Part shown: positions 18,547-28,040 of the stretch, one piece after another
How the letters are laid out: each line of letters begins with the position of its first letter
Numbering within the stretch: position 1 is the first letter of the stretch
Source: an uncultured delta proteobacterium
GTDB taxonomy: Bacteria; Desulfobacterota; Desulfobaccia; Desulfobaccales; 0-14-0-80-60-11
NCBI GenBank assembly: GCA_963812015.1
Contig: CAWETI010000003.1
Coordinates: 1,664,001-1,728,000, forward strand
Length of the DNA stretch: 64,000 nt
Direction: 5' to 3'
The notes under the pieces: model-generated
Told to the model about the DNA's origin: nothing
Seen by the model: only the letters and a program-made list of their open reading frames with translations
Database searches by the model: none
Position numbers and translations under genes: made by a program

Positions 18547-19650
18547 ATGAAAAAGCACTGTGCAGAGAATGAACGCATTAAACGTCGGTACTTCGCGTTC
18601 ATGAAGGAGGCCAAACGTCACAGTGAGCCGACGGTCGATGCGGCTGCAAAGGCTCTAAATCGGTTTGAGGTTTATACCAAGTTCAGAGATTTCAAGACAT
18701 TTCACTTCCAACAGGCAATCGCGTTCAAGAGGCATCTTGCAGAGCAGAAGGGACAGCAGTCCAGGGAGAAATTGAGCAAGGCGACCTTGCATGCAACACT
18801 CATGCAGCTCAAACGATTTTTCCAGTGGCTTGCGTGGCAACCGGGCTACAAGTCGCGTTTGCAGTATTCCGATGCCGATTACTTCAATTTATCGAACAAG
18901 GATATCCGCATCGCTACAGCTCAACGACAACAAAAGGTGCCGACCTTGGAGCAGATCGAGCACGTCATTAAGACGATGCTGGCCAAGACGGATATTGAGC
19001 GCCGCAACCGCGCTTTGGTGGCATTCACACTGCTGACTGGTGCACGGGATAGTGCCATAGCCTCGATGAAGCTAAAGCATGTTGATCTGATCACGAACAG
19101 CGTCAATCAAGATGCGCGGGAAGTAAAGACAAAATTCAGCAAAACCTTCAGTACCTTCTTCTTTCCGGTGGGTGAAAAAGTCCGCGAAATTGTGGAAGCG
19201 TGGGTATCATATCTCCGGAATGAAAAGCTATGGGGCAATGATGATCCACTATTCCCGGCGACATATATTTCGCTGGGGGCTAGTCGCCAATTCGAAGCGG
19301 CAGGGCTGACACGGAAACATTGGAGTAGTGCCACGCCCATTCGAACAATCTTTCGCGAAGCCTTTGCCAATGCTGGTCTACCATATTTCAACCCGCATAG
19401 CTTTAGGAATACCCTTGTCCAACTCGGCCAGGATATTTGCAAGACCCCTGAACAGTTCAAGGCGTGGAGCCAAAATCTGGGGCATGAGAAAGTATTGACG
19501 ACCTTTCTAAGCTATGGTGAGGTTGCGTGCCAGCGTCAGGGGGAAATCATCCGCGATTTGACGACGCCTCAAAGGGCCGTGCCAACGGATGCCGACGAAA
19601 TCGCCGAGGCGGTGTACAAAAAGTTGCGTTTGTCGGGGATGAATGTGTAA
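18547..19650 (+). CDS. Tyrosine recombinase/integrase
   Basis: LTGAR, HSFR, LGH and terminal Y catalytic signature. Confidence 0.92.
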   Translation: MKKHCAENERIKRRYFAFMKEAKRHSEPTVDAAAKALNRFEVYTKFRDFKTFHFQQAIAFKRHLAEQKGQQSREKLSKATLHATLMQLKRFFQWLAWQPGYKSRLQYSDADYFNLSNKDIRIATAQRQQKVPTLEQIEHVIKTMLAKTDIERRNRALVAFTLLTGARDSAIASMKLKHVDLITNSVNQDAREVKTKFSKTFSTFFFPVGEKVREIVEAWVSYLRNEKLWGNDDPLFPATYISLGASRQFEAAGLTRKHWSSATPIRTIFREAFANAGLPYFNPHSFRNTLVQLGQDICKTPEQFKAWSQNLGHEKVLTTFLSYGEVACQRQGEIIRDLTTPQRAVPTDADEIAEAVYKKLRLSGMNV

Positions 19651-19738
19651 GAATGAAGCAAAAAGCGCGCATGGAAGCGGGAATAAAAATTTGCCGTGGA
19701 GGTGGATCTGCCAATCTAAGCTCCTCCAGCAGTCAACA

Positions 19739-19836
19739 TTTGGGGGTATTTTTGGGGGTATTCTAAAATATAAATATTAAGAAATGTCATGATTACATAA
19801 AGTTGATATGATAATGTGTCTCCGGCCTCCGCACCA
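19739..19836 (+). mobile_element. Putative right attachment site of a genomic island
   Basis: Direct repeat TTTGGGGGTAT x2 (19739-19761), AT-rich spacer, then TCCGGCCTCCGCACCA (19821-19836) resembling a tRNA-Leu 3' end missing one base. Confidence 0.72.
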
Positions 19837-19854
19837 CTTAATCATATTAATCAT

Positions 19855-19898
19855 AAGGGTTTGCGGGCTTAATGGGTTCGCGGCCCTTTGTTCTTTTT
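19855..19898 (+). terminator. Hairpin with T tract downstream of the att core
   Basis: AAGGGTTTGCGGGCTT...GGGTTCGCGGCCCTT followed by TGTTCTTTTT. Confidence 0.55.
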
Positions 19899-19939
19899 GA
19901 GGCTTGATGAATATAATATCTAGGTGAATGCCAGTACCG

Positions 19940-20203
19940 ATTTTCCGCCCTCAATGCTTCCTCCAGCTTCTCGATGATCTGCTCCGGTGTATAACGTTTC
20001 TTGCCCATCTCCCTGTCTCCCTCGTCCTTACTCTGTTGGCTGGGTAATTTATGGCTATCGCAGACAGGATATCCCATGACCCCCAAAATGGAAAAAAGCG
20101 GCATATTTTCACTCAAAATGGTTCCCAAAAGAGGGCATCTCCAAAAAGTGAAATTTTCTTACTAAATTTGGTCCACAAAAGAGGCATCTTCAGAGGCAGG
20201 TCA
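19940..20203 (-). mobile_element. IS3-family remnant
   Basis: MGKKRYTPEQIIEKLEEA from ATG 20008 resembles an IS3 OrfA start. Two related terminal-repeat-like sequences at 20111-20143 and 20161-20203. Confidence 0.62.
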
Positions 20204-20564
20204 GGACTTTTTGTTGATATTTTATAATTATTATGGCGATAATGAAGTTTATAAGCTCAAAATAACCTTCAAGGAGGAGGGTGGGGGGTTGAGTATCCCC
20301 AGTAAAGATAATAACTATATTGTCGGTCCCAGCTTTCCTATAAAATTACGGAAAAGTTGTCCGTGTCAACTCAATATAGTTATTCAGGGGCAGAGAATTT
20401 GGTTGCCAATGGCGGCTCCGCTCATTTACATCAGGCCTGGATAGAATTCACCTATACCTACCCCCTGCATTATCAGAAATGACAGGTCTTGCCTTTTGAG
20501 GTAGCTATGATAAACCGTAGTAACGATCGAGAGGCGTAACTTGCCTGAGTCTTTAATAAATAAA

Positions 20565-21557
20565 ATGCCTGCCTCGAAACTGGCCGCAGATTGGCAAAAA
20601 ATCGCCCAAGGGGTGCTGGAAGCCGAGGCGCAGGCCCTGGTCGCGGTGGCAGCGCGCCTGGACCATAACCTGAGCCAGGCGGTGGGGCTACTGTTGCGCC
20701 ATAACGGCAAGGTGGTGGTCAGCGGCATCGGCAAATCCGGGCATATTGGCCAAAAAATCGCCGCCACCCTGGCCAGCACCGGCACCCCGGCGGTGTTTCT
20801 CCATGCCGCCGAAGCCGTGCACGGCGATTTGGGCATCTATACCCCGGGGGACCCCAGCATCCTGATCTCCAAGAGCGGCAGCACTGCGGAATTGCTGCGG
20901 TTCATCCCCGTGTTACGGCAATTCCAGTCGCCGTTGATCGCCATCCTGGGGAACCTCAACTCCCCCATGGCCAAACAGGCTGACGTGGTTTTAGATGCCC
21001 GGGTGGAAAAAGAGGCTGATCCCCTTAACCTGGCGCCCACCTGCAGCACTACCGCAGCCTTGGGCTTGGGGGATGCCTTGGCGGTGGCCCTCATGCTAGC
21101 CCGTCGGTTTACCGATAAAGATTTTGCCCGTTACCATCCCGCCGGCCAGTTAGGACGAAGTTTATGGTTGAAAGTATCGGATGTCATGCACCAAGGTGAT
21201 GCTGTGGCCTGGGTGCAACCGGATACCCCCTTGCGCCAGGTGATCGTTGCCATGTCCCAGCGGCCCTTGGGCGCGGCCTGCGTGGTGGATGAAGATTGGC
21301 GGTTGCTGGGGATTTTTACCGACGGTGACCTGCGGCGCGTGCTACTCACCCACGAAGAAATCCGGCCCCTCACCGCCGCCGACTGCATGACCAGAGAACC
21401 CATTACCATCACCCCGGAGGCCAGCTTGAAAGAAGCCACCCGCCTTATGGAAGACCGGGCCTCCCAGATTTCCGTCCTGCCGGTGGTGGACCATTCGATC
21501 CAGCGCTGCCTGGGCTTAATCCGGATTCATGATATTTATCAACCGGAGTTAATCTAA
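20565..21557 (+). CDS. kdsD: KpsF/GutQ-family arabinose-5-phosphate isomerase (SIS + CBS)
   Basis: GIGKSGHIG, ATLASTGTP, HGDLG, SKSGST, LAPTCST, HPAGQLG; CBS pair. Confidence 0.93.
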   Translation: MPASKLAADWQKIAQGVLEAEAQALVAVAARLDHNLSQAVGLLLRHNGKVVVSGIGKSGHIGQKIAATLASTGTPAVFLHAAEAVHGDLGIYTPGDPSILISKSGSTAELLRFIPVLRQFQSPLIAILGNLNSPMAKQADVVLDARVEKEADPLNLAPTCSTTAALGLGDALAVALMLARRFTDKDFARYHPAGQLGRSLWLKVSDVMHQGDAVAWVQPDTPLRQVIVAMSQRPLGAACVVDEDWRLLGIFTDGDLRRVLLTHEEIRPLTAADCMTREPITITPEASLKEATRLMEDRASQISVLPVVDHSIQRCLGLIRIHDIYQPELI

Positions 21558-21635
21558 AAGAATATGGGGCTTCTTTTGGACCTCGCAATCTTGATGAAAA
21601 CCATCCGCATCGTGCTTTTCGGCCACGGCAAATAG
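21558..21635 (+). pseudogene. C-terminal fragment of a bacterial sugar (phosphoglycosyl) transferase
   Basis: KNMGLLLDLAILMKTIRIVLFGHGK* directly after the kdsD stop. Confidence 0.7.
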
Positions 21636-21954
21636 CCTGGCGATTCCCGTAGTGTCAAATCCAGTATCTGCTCTGGGGCCACCACCGGGTCCCCCATCCC
21701 CCGGCCAGCATTACGCCAGAGAGAGGATTTTTGGGGCATCAACCATGCTGGCTCTCTTCCCTGAACAACCGACCCATGGCAGATCTCTTTGGTGTCCGCA
21801 TTGCCTGAGAACCGCATCGCCCCCGCCCGAGTCCCCCGGGTTATGAAAAAATTCCCCCCTCCGAGTCTTCACCTGGGTGCATAACCGCGGTATACTCGCC
21901 TTCGCCGATCTCACCCTATCTTCATCCTCAAAAAAATCCGAGACGGGAGGTTTC

Positions 21955-22311
21955 ATGAGCAAATTTCTCTTTGTCCTGACCAGGGGGCCGGAAGACCCCA
22001 CCCGGGCGGTGCGCTGCTTCCAGTTCGCCAAGATCGCCGCGGATAAGGGCCATGACGTGACCGTGTTCCTGGTGGATGACGCCGCCTATTTCGCCAACCT
22101 GTCCCTCACCGAGCGGGTCAAGGCCCCCACCGGAGACGAACTCATCACCTACTGGAAGTTCCTGGTGGACAAAAAAGCCACCATCCTGGTGTGCAAACCC
22201 TGCGCCGAGACCCGTCTCATCAGCGCCGAGGACCTGCCTCCGGGCACGGCCATCGGCACCGGCGTCACCCTCATCGACCTGGCCGCGGAGTCCAAGGTAT
22301 TTACCTTTTAA
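21955..22311 (+). CDS. DsrE/DsrF-like protein
   Basis: RBS GGGAGG; FVLTRGPEDPTRA...VFLVDDA...CKPCAETR. Confidence 0.85.
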   Translation: MSKFLFVLTRGPEDPTRAVRCFQFAKIAADKGHDVTVFLVDDAAYFANLSLTERVKAPTGDELITYWKFLVDKKATILVCKPCAETRLISAEDLPPGTAIGTGVTLIDLAAESKVFTF

Positions 22312-23050
22312 AGACGTCTTCTCCGTTTATCCATCTCTCCACCGGGTTTTCCTGGGCAAAAAAATCGTGCAGGGCCCGGGTCAGGTTAAGGGTGGTGGCC
22401 TGGCAGCCCACCTCCCGGCAACCCTCCAAGACGCCGGCGCTCACCGAAACCGCGATCTCGTGGCGGTGGGCGTAGTAGCGGCTGGCGGCCAGGCTGCCGG
22501 CTCGTAATTCGGCTTCGCAGCCCTCCCGGTCCAGGCCGTGCATGGCCCGGCACACCAGGGACCGGATGGGATAAATCGAGCAGGTTCGTTTGGCCAACAA
22601 CGGACAGGGAATCTGACCGCGCCGGGCCGCAATTTCGGCCTTGCCCTTCCCGGCGGTGAGTTGCATGATCCGGGCTACATGTGCCAGGAGCAGGTCTTTG
22701 GCAGCCTCATGGAAATATTCCTCAATATGGTGGCCTATGAGCAACGCCTCCGGGGGGGTCAGTTCCACCTGGTTATAGCAGCAGGCATCGCAGCGGGCCT
22801 CACAGGCGATGGGCTGGGGAAGCGGGTTTTCCGCTTCAAACCGGCCCGTCAGGTGATCGGTCAGATAAAAGGCGCTGGCCGCGATCTCCAGGGCTCGTTC
22901 CGCCACCCGGCCCTGGCCCACGATGGCAACGACGTTGTCCCGGGCCGCGGCGGCAATGCTTTGATCGACCCGACTCACGGGCCGGCGCTCTGAGACGCCG
23001 CGGCTTCTCCGGGCCTGCTTGGCCATTTTTCTTCTCTGCTCCCGGTTCAT
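22301..23050 (-). CDS. YkgJ-family (CxxxCxxCC) cysteine-cluster protein
   Basis: CEARCDACC, CPLL...CSIYPIRSLVCR. Confidence 0.85.
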   Translation of the reverse strand: MNREQRRKMAKQARRSRGVSERRPVSRVDQSIAAAARDNVVAIVGQGRVAERALEIAASAFYLTDHLTGRFEAENPLPQPIACEARCDACCYNQVELTPPEALLIGHHIEEYFHEAAKDLLLAHVARIMQLTAGKGKAEIAARRGQIPCPLLAKRTCSIYPIRSLVCRAMHGLDREGCEAELRAGSLAASRYYAHRHEIAVSVSAGVLEGCREVGCQATTLNLTRALHDFFAQENPVERWINGEDVFKR

Positions 23051-23397
23051 CTGGCTACGCCCTCGGCAAAGATAATCCCCGCCTTTGTTTTCACCAGTGG
23101 TTATCATTGAAACTCGGCCGGGGCAAGTAATTTGAGATTTCTGTCGAAATCTTTGGGAGAGAGGCCCAGGCGTTTTGGCGTAAGTGGCTCGTGCGGTCGT
23201 CGCGTTCCCCCCTTATCCAACTCCTACATCAGTGGTGGCGGCGGTTCGCGAACCGCCCTTACGCGGGCTGAATTTGGAGGGAGGGTAGGGTAGGGGAAGA
23301 CCTTACAAAAAATAAGAAAAACTTGCTCCGGTCCTCTCCTCAAAATTGTTTTCAGCGGTTGACCTATCCGCCATTTTAGCATTAATTATTAAGTTGG

Positions 23398-25527
23398 ATG
23401 GAAGCGCTTTCTATGAGCCTGGCGGACCGGAAAGAAACCCTGCTGCGCATCGAGAACCTGACGGTGCATTACGGCGCGGCCCAGGCCCTGTTCGGCATCG
23501 ATCTGGAGGTGCGCCAGGGTGAGACCGTGGCCCTGGTGGGGGCCAACGGGGCCGGCAAGACCAGCCTCCTCAAGGCCGTCATGGGCCTGGCCCCGCCCTC
23601 CGGGGGCCGCATCTTCCTGGACGGGGTCGACGTCACCGGCTCGTCTCCGGCCGCCATGGCGTCCAAAGGCGTGGCCCTGTGCCCCGAGGGGCGGGAGATG
23701 TTCGGGGACCTGACGGTGAAGGAGAACCTGGAACTGGGTGCCCTGGCCCTTCGCATCAGCCACCCGGAGATGGCCCGGCGTATGGCCGCGGTCTATGCCC
23801 GGTTCACCAAACTGCAGGAGCGGGCCGGACAGCGCACCAACACCCTTTCCGGCGGAGAGCAGCAGATGGTGGCCATGGGCCGGGCCCTGATGGCCCAGCC
23901 CCGGCTGCTGCTCCTGGATGAGCCGTCCCTGGGGCTGGCCCCCCTCATCACCGACGAGATCTTCGACATCATCAAGCAACTCACCCGGGCCGGGGTGACC
24001 ACCCTCCTGGTGGAGCAAAACGCCGCCCGGGCCCTCACCGCATCCCGGTCCGCCTATCTTTTGGCCAACGGCCGCATCGTCGGCCAGGGCCGGAGCGACG
24101 AGCTTTTGGTGGACCCGGAACTGCGCCGGGCCTTCCTGGGGGCGGGTTCCGACCACAACCCTGCCGCGTCCCGCCTGGGCGCGACGGGATTGACCAATAT
24201 CAGATTGGAGAAACCGAATTTGAGTCAGCAGACCTTTGTGCCACCTTTCAAGACCATGGACGAACTCAAGGACCATCAACTGGCGGGCCTCAAGTGGACG
24301 GTGCGCCACGCCTATGAAGGCTCCAGCTTTTACCGGGCCCACCTGGACGCCGCCGGGGTTTCCCCCGCTGCTATCCGCTCCCTGGAGGACTTACAAAAAC
24401 TCCCCCTGACCACGGGGGAGGACTTACGGGACGGCTACCCCTTCCCGTTCCGGTCCGTGCCCTATGAGCAGATCGTGCGCATCCACGCCTCCAGCGGCAC
24501 CACCGGCAAGCGCAAGATCCTGTGCTACACCGCCAAGGACGTGGCGGACTGGCGGCACTTCTTCGCCCGGTGTTACGAGATGGCCGGGGTCACCCCCTTG
24601 GACCGGGTGCAGATCGCGGTGGGCTACGGGGTCTGGACCGCAGGGGTGGGCTTCCAGGCGGGCTGTGAAGAATTGGGGGCCATGGCCGTGCCCGTGGGGC
24701 CGGGAAACGTGGACCTGCAATGCGAGTTTTTGATGGATCTCCAGAGCACGGTGTTGTGCTGCACCGCGTCCATGGGGCTCTTAATGGCCGAAGAGGTCAA
24801 CCAGCGGGGCATCGCCGACAAGATCAACCTGAAGAAGGTCATTTACGGGTCGGAGCGCTCCTCCGTGTCCATGCGCCGCAAGGTCTCCGAGCTGTTAGGG
24901 GGCGTGGAACTCTTCGACATCCCGGGGATGACGGAGCTCTATGGGCCGGGGAGCGGGATCGAGTGCCCGGACCACGACTGCATCCACTACTGGGCCGACT
25001 ACTACATCCTGGAGATCCTGGACCCGGAGACCCTGACGCCGGTTCCTGACGGGGAGTGGGGGGAGATGGTGGTCACCACCCTGGGCAAGGAGGCCGCGCC
25101 CCTGATCCGCTACCGCACCCGGGACATCACCCGCATTATTCCGGGGCCGTGCACCTGCGGCGCCCTCCTGCCCCGGCATTCCCGTCTCCGGGGCCGCACC
25201 GACGACATGTTCAAATTCCGGGCGGTGAACATCTATCCCTCCAGCGTCGACCGCATCCTGTCCGAGGTCCCGGGCCTGGGCTCCGAGTACCAGATCCACC
25301 TGACCCGGGACGAGGCCGGCCGGGATCACATGCTCCTCAAGGTGGAGCGGGGCGAAGGGGTGGAAGCCGGTCGCACCGACGAGTTGGGCCGGGAAGTGCG
25401 CTACGTGGTCAAACACCGGCTCATGGTCACCCCGGAGGTGGAGGTGGTGGACTACGGGAAGCTGCCCCGGTCCGAGCGCAAGAGCCTGCGGGTCTTTGAC
25501 GGCCGGCTCACGGATTCGGTGGTTTAG
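23398..25527 (+). CDS. Fusion: LivF-type ABC ATPase + phenylacetate-CoA ligase family domain
   Basis: GANGAGKT, LSGGEQQM, LLLDEPSLGLAP; then HASSGTTGK, PGMTELYGPG, PLIRYRTRD, GRTDDM in one frame. Confidence 0.9.
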   Translation: MEALSMSLADRKETLLRIENLTVHYGAAQALFGIDLEVRQGETVALVGANGAGKTSLLKAVMGLAPPSGGRIFLDGVDVTGSSPAAMASKGVALCPEGREMFGDLTVKENLELGALALRISHPEMARRMAAVYARFTKLQERAGQRTNTLSGGEQQMVAMGRALMAQPRLLLLDEPSLGLAPLITDEIFDIIKQLTRAGVTTLLVEQNAARALTASRSAYLLANGRIVGQGRSDELLVDPELRRAFLGAGSDHNPAASRLGATGLTNIRLEKPNLSQQTFVPPFKTMDELKDHQLAGLKWTVRHAYEGSSFYRAHLDAAGVSPAAIRSLEDLQKLPLTTGEDLRDGYPFPFRSVPYEQIVRIHASSGTTGKRKILCYTAKDVADWRHFFARCYEMAGVTPLDRVQIAVGYGVWTAGVGFQAGCEELGAMAVPVGPGNVDLQCEFLMDLQSTVLCCTASMGLLMAEEVNQRGIADKINLKKVIYGSERSSVSMRRKVSELLGGVELFDIPGMTELYGPGSGIECPDHDCIHYWADYYILEILDPETLTPVPDGEWGEMVVTTLGKEAAPLIRYRTRDITRIIPGPCTCGALLPRHSRLRGRTDDMFKFRAVNIYPSSVDRILSEVPGLGSEYQIHLTRDEAGRDHMLLKVERGEGVEAGRTDELGREVRYVVKHRLMVTPEVEVVDYGKLPRSERKSLRVFDGRLTDSVV

Positions 25528-25583
25528 CTGGCGCTGCATAATTACTCTGACCGGGAAAACCAGGGTTTTTAACCCTTTGTTTC

Positions 25584-25719
25584 TAACAGACGGTTGAAAA
25601 ACCACAAATTTTCCAGTTGGTCATTCTGAGCGAAGCGAAGAATCTCGTATTTTCAGGCAGATGAGATCCTTCCCGGCGCTCAGGATGACAAGAAAGCCAA
25701 TTCTTCAACAGCCTGCTCA
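25584..25719. repeat. MITE-like element enclosing a GTCATTCTGAGCGAAGCGAAGAATCT palindromic repeat
   Basis: Imperfect TIRs aacagacggttgaaaaa / ttcttcaacagcctgct around the core 25620-25689. Confidence 0.7.
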
Positions 25720-25754
25720 AGGGGGGGATGGGGATTTCATATAACTCTCCGATA

Positions 25755-25789
25755 ATCCCCCTAAATCCCCCTTTTCCCTAGGGGTACTT
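25755..25789. repeat. AATCCCCCTAAATCCCCCTTT-type REP-like repeat
   Basis: Related copies in reverse orientation at ~54767-54802 and ~60843-60878. Confidence 0.7.
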
Positions 25790-26106
25790 TAAGACCCCTC
25801 CAAGCCTGGTTTCCTTCCAGCCCTCAATTCCCTAATCCCCTTAACCCCAACAACCCCTTCCCCCTGATCACTTTTTTCCTGAAGAGGAATTGTCGAGAAG
25901 TTTCGTTGACAAAATTATCCAGAAGTCCCTAGGCAAAACAGCACCTTGGAGAACGGTAGCGGCGACACTTAGGGAAAATAAGGGAAAATCATTGATTTTC
26001 TTAGATTTATGTGGTATCGGCCTTATCACCTTTTTAGGGTGCAGAAAAAGCTCTACTAATTTGGCACAGTCGTTCAGATGGGAGGATTATCGAGAGGGAG
26101 AAGATT

Positions 26107-26298
26107 ATGCTATGCGAAGAAATCAAGACGGCCATCATGAATCTTGATGAACGGGATCAAAGACGGCTGGTGCTGGAGGTCCTGCCGGCAATCTGGCCGA
26201 ACCTCGTCAATGATGATTCCTGCATCAAACTCCTGCGAAACTTGGTTGATGAAGAAAGTGTCAGGAGATACCAGGATGAACACATGGACCACCTTTAG
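26107..26298 (+). CDS. Small hypothetical protein
   Basis: 63 aa, RBS GAGGGAG, helical composition. Confidence 0.7.
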   Translation: MLCEEIKTAIMNLDERDQRRLVLEVLPAIWPNLVNDDSCIKLLRNLVDEESVRRYQDEHMDHL

Positions 26299-26368
26299 GC
26301 CGTGTGCCGAAGTTGCAGTGCGGATTTACGGTCACCCCTATGGGTGATTAGCACAAAGGAGGGAGAAT

Positions 26369-27655
26369 ATGACCAGCCACGCCCTTCGGCCCCGCTGGGG
26401 CCAACCCGCTACGGGCGTCATTTCGTTCATCGTGTTCCTCTTTATCGCCTGGCTGGCCTGGTTTATCTTTAGCGATCCACGTGGCCCGGTCGGTTCCTTT
26501 CCCTACCCCTTCGTCATGTACCTGGCCATGATGATTCTGGTGGGACTCTGGCAGCATATGTTTTTGGGCGATTGGCCCTTCCAGGACATCCCCCAGCCGG
26601 CCCGGGGGATCATCGAAACTTTGGTCAACCTGGCCCTGGTGTGGTTTGTCATTCACGTGGTTTTTTATCGGGTTTTAGGACTGGGCTTCAACTTTCTCAG
26701 CCAGGTCAATTTGGAAACTCTGGCCGCGGCTGGGCGGACGGCCATACCGGAGGTTTGTGGCAAGACCTTGACCCTTAATATCTTGACCACCGCCCGGTTG
26801 CCTGAAAGGGCCGTGGTGACCTTCGTCTTGATCGGCTTTTTTTCTTATCCCTTTGTCACCATCCTGTTTGGCAAGTGGCCCATCCGCCCCAGCGATCTGA
26901 CCCAGCCCCAGGCCGGTCTGGCCGAACTGGGCTGGTGCAGCATGTTGACCCTGTTTTTCTACACCATCCTGATTGTGCCATTCTGGGGAGTGGTCTACGG
27001 CAAGACCTACGGGACCTCCTTCGGACTGAATTTCCCCTGGTGGAGCGGCATCTGCGGCATTGGCCACGTGCACTGGGTCTTTGGCTGGTGGGAATGGGCG
27101 ATTATCATCCTGTTCATGACCCCCAATGTGTGGCGGATGAAACCCTGGTCGGCAATCACCGTGCCGCAGCCCTGGAAAGGCCTGATCTCCTTGGCCGGCA
27201 CTTTTATTCTCGGTTATAGCCTGGCGCTGGTCTGCGTGAACCTCGCCCCCTTGTGGTTGCCCATGCAAGAGGTCATCAAGCATTTGCCCGCCTCAGACCT
27301 GGGCATCCCCATACGTTTTCTGTGGTATCATGCCGCGGAAATCGCCGGCTTTACCCTCATCCCCTTTCTCATTTGGCATCATTATTTTGATGACCTGGCG
27401 CCAGTCGCGGACAAAGATGCCTGGGGCGCCTTTTGGTTCCGGAGTTTAGGCGTTCTCATTCTTTGCATCCTGAACTATCTCTTTTTCTATTACGTCAATT
27501 TCGGGCATTGGGGCCTGGGCAATCATCATATGGCCGGGAGTCTGGCTGAACGGGTGGTGGGAGGAGAATCCCTCATCTGGAACTTCTGGTGGATTATTCC
27601 TCTCCTCTGGAATGAATGGTTTTTCCATAAATGGCCATTCTATGCGCCTGCCTGA
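26369..27655 (+). CDS. Multi-pass Trp-rich membrane protein, possible transporter
   Basis: About ten hydrophobic segments; RBS AGGAGGGAG. Confidence 0.8.
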   Translation: MTSHALRPRWGQPATGVISFIVFLFIAWLAWFIFSDPRGPVGSFPYPFVMYLAMMILVGLWQHMFLGDWPFQDIPQPARGIIETLVNLALVWFVIHVVFYRVLGLGFNFLSQVNLETLAAAGRTAIPEVCGKTLTLNILTTARLPERAVVTFVLIGFFSYPFVTILFGKWPIRPSDLTQPQAGLAELGWCSMLTLFFYTILIVPFWGVVYGKTYGTSFGLNFPWWSGICGIGHVHWVFGWWEWAIIILFMTPNVWRMKPWSAITVPQPWKGLISLAGTFILGYSLALVCVNLAPLWLPMQEVIKHLPASDLGIPIRFLWYHAAEIAGFTLIPFLIWHHYFDDLAPVADKDAWGAFWFRSLGVLILCILNYLFFYYVNFGHWGLGNHHMAGSLAERVVGGESLIWNFWWIIPLLWNEWFFHKWPFYAPA

Positions 27656-27693
27656 CCCTGAGGCGCCACGGCCGGATCACGGATTCAACGGTC

Positions 27694-27837
27694 TAATACC
27701 AAGTCGCGTTCAAATAGGTAATTTACCTTTAATTCTTTTGTAGGGGCGGACCCATGTGTCCGCCCTCAAGAGGGCGCACACGCCAGGTATGTCCCTACAA
27801 TAGCTTTTCTTACTTCTATGAGCGCAACTTGGTATAA
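27694..27837. repeat. MITE-like element enclosing a GTAGGGGCG-type REP pair
   Basis: TIRs TAATACCAAGTCGCGTTCA / TGAGCGCAACTTGGTATAA; inner gtaggggcggacccatgtgtccgccc ... gggcgcacacgccaggtatgtccctac. Confidence 0.75.
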
Positions 27838-27929
27838 GGGGAGGTTTCCCGGGAGGGGATTTGCCACAGTGAAATGAGGAATTACCGTTCACCCTACCAA
27901 CTATAGTGGCAATAATGGCAAAAATGGCC

Positions 27930-27969
27930 AAGGGAGGGGCAAGAGCCCAGGCGGGCTCCCCCCTCCCTT
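27930..27969. terminator. GC-rich hairpin between convergent genes
   Basis: AAGGGAGGGG..GAGCCC / GGGCTCCCCCTCCCTT. Confidence 0.5.
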
Positions 27970-28040
27970 GAATTCATCTGAGTTATTCACCTGCTTCGGT
28001 TCTTCCCGACCACACCCTGTGATTCCTGATCGTCAGCAGT

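Noticed and set aside
19760..19836. Intact tRNA gene
   Set aside because: Only a 16-nt 3'-end-like match; the upstream sequence is AT-rich and cannot form the cloverleaf.
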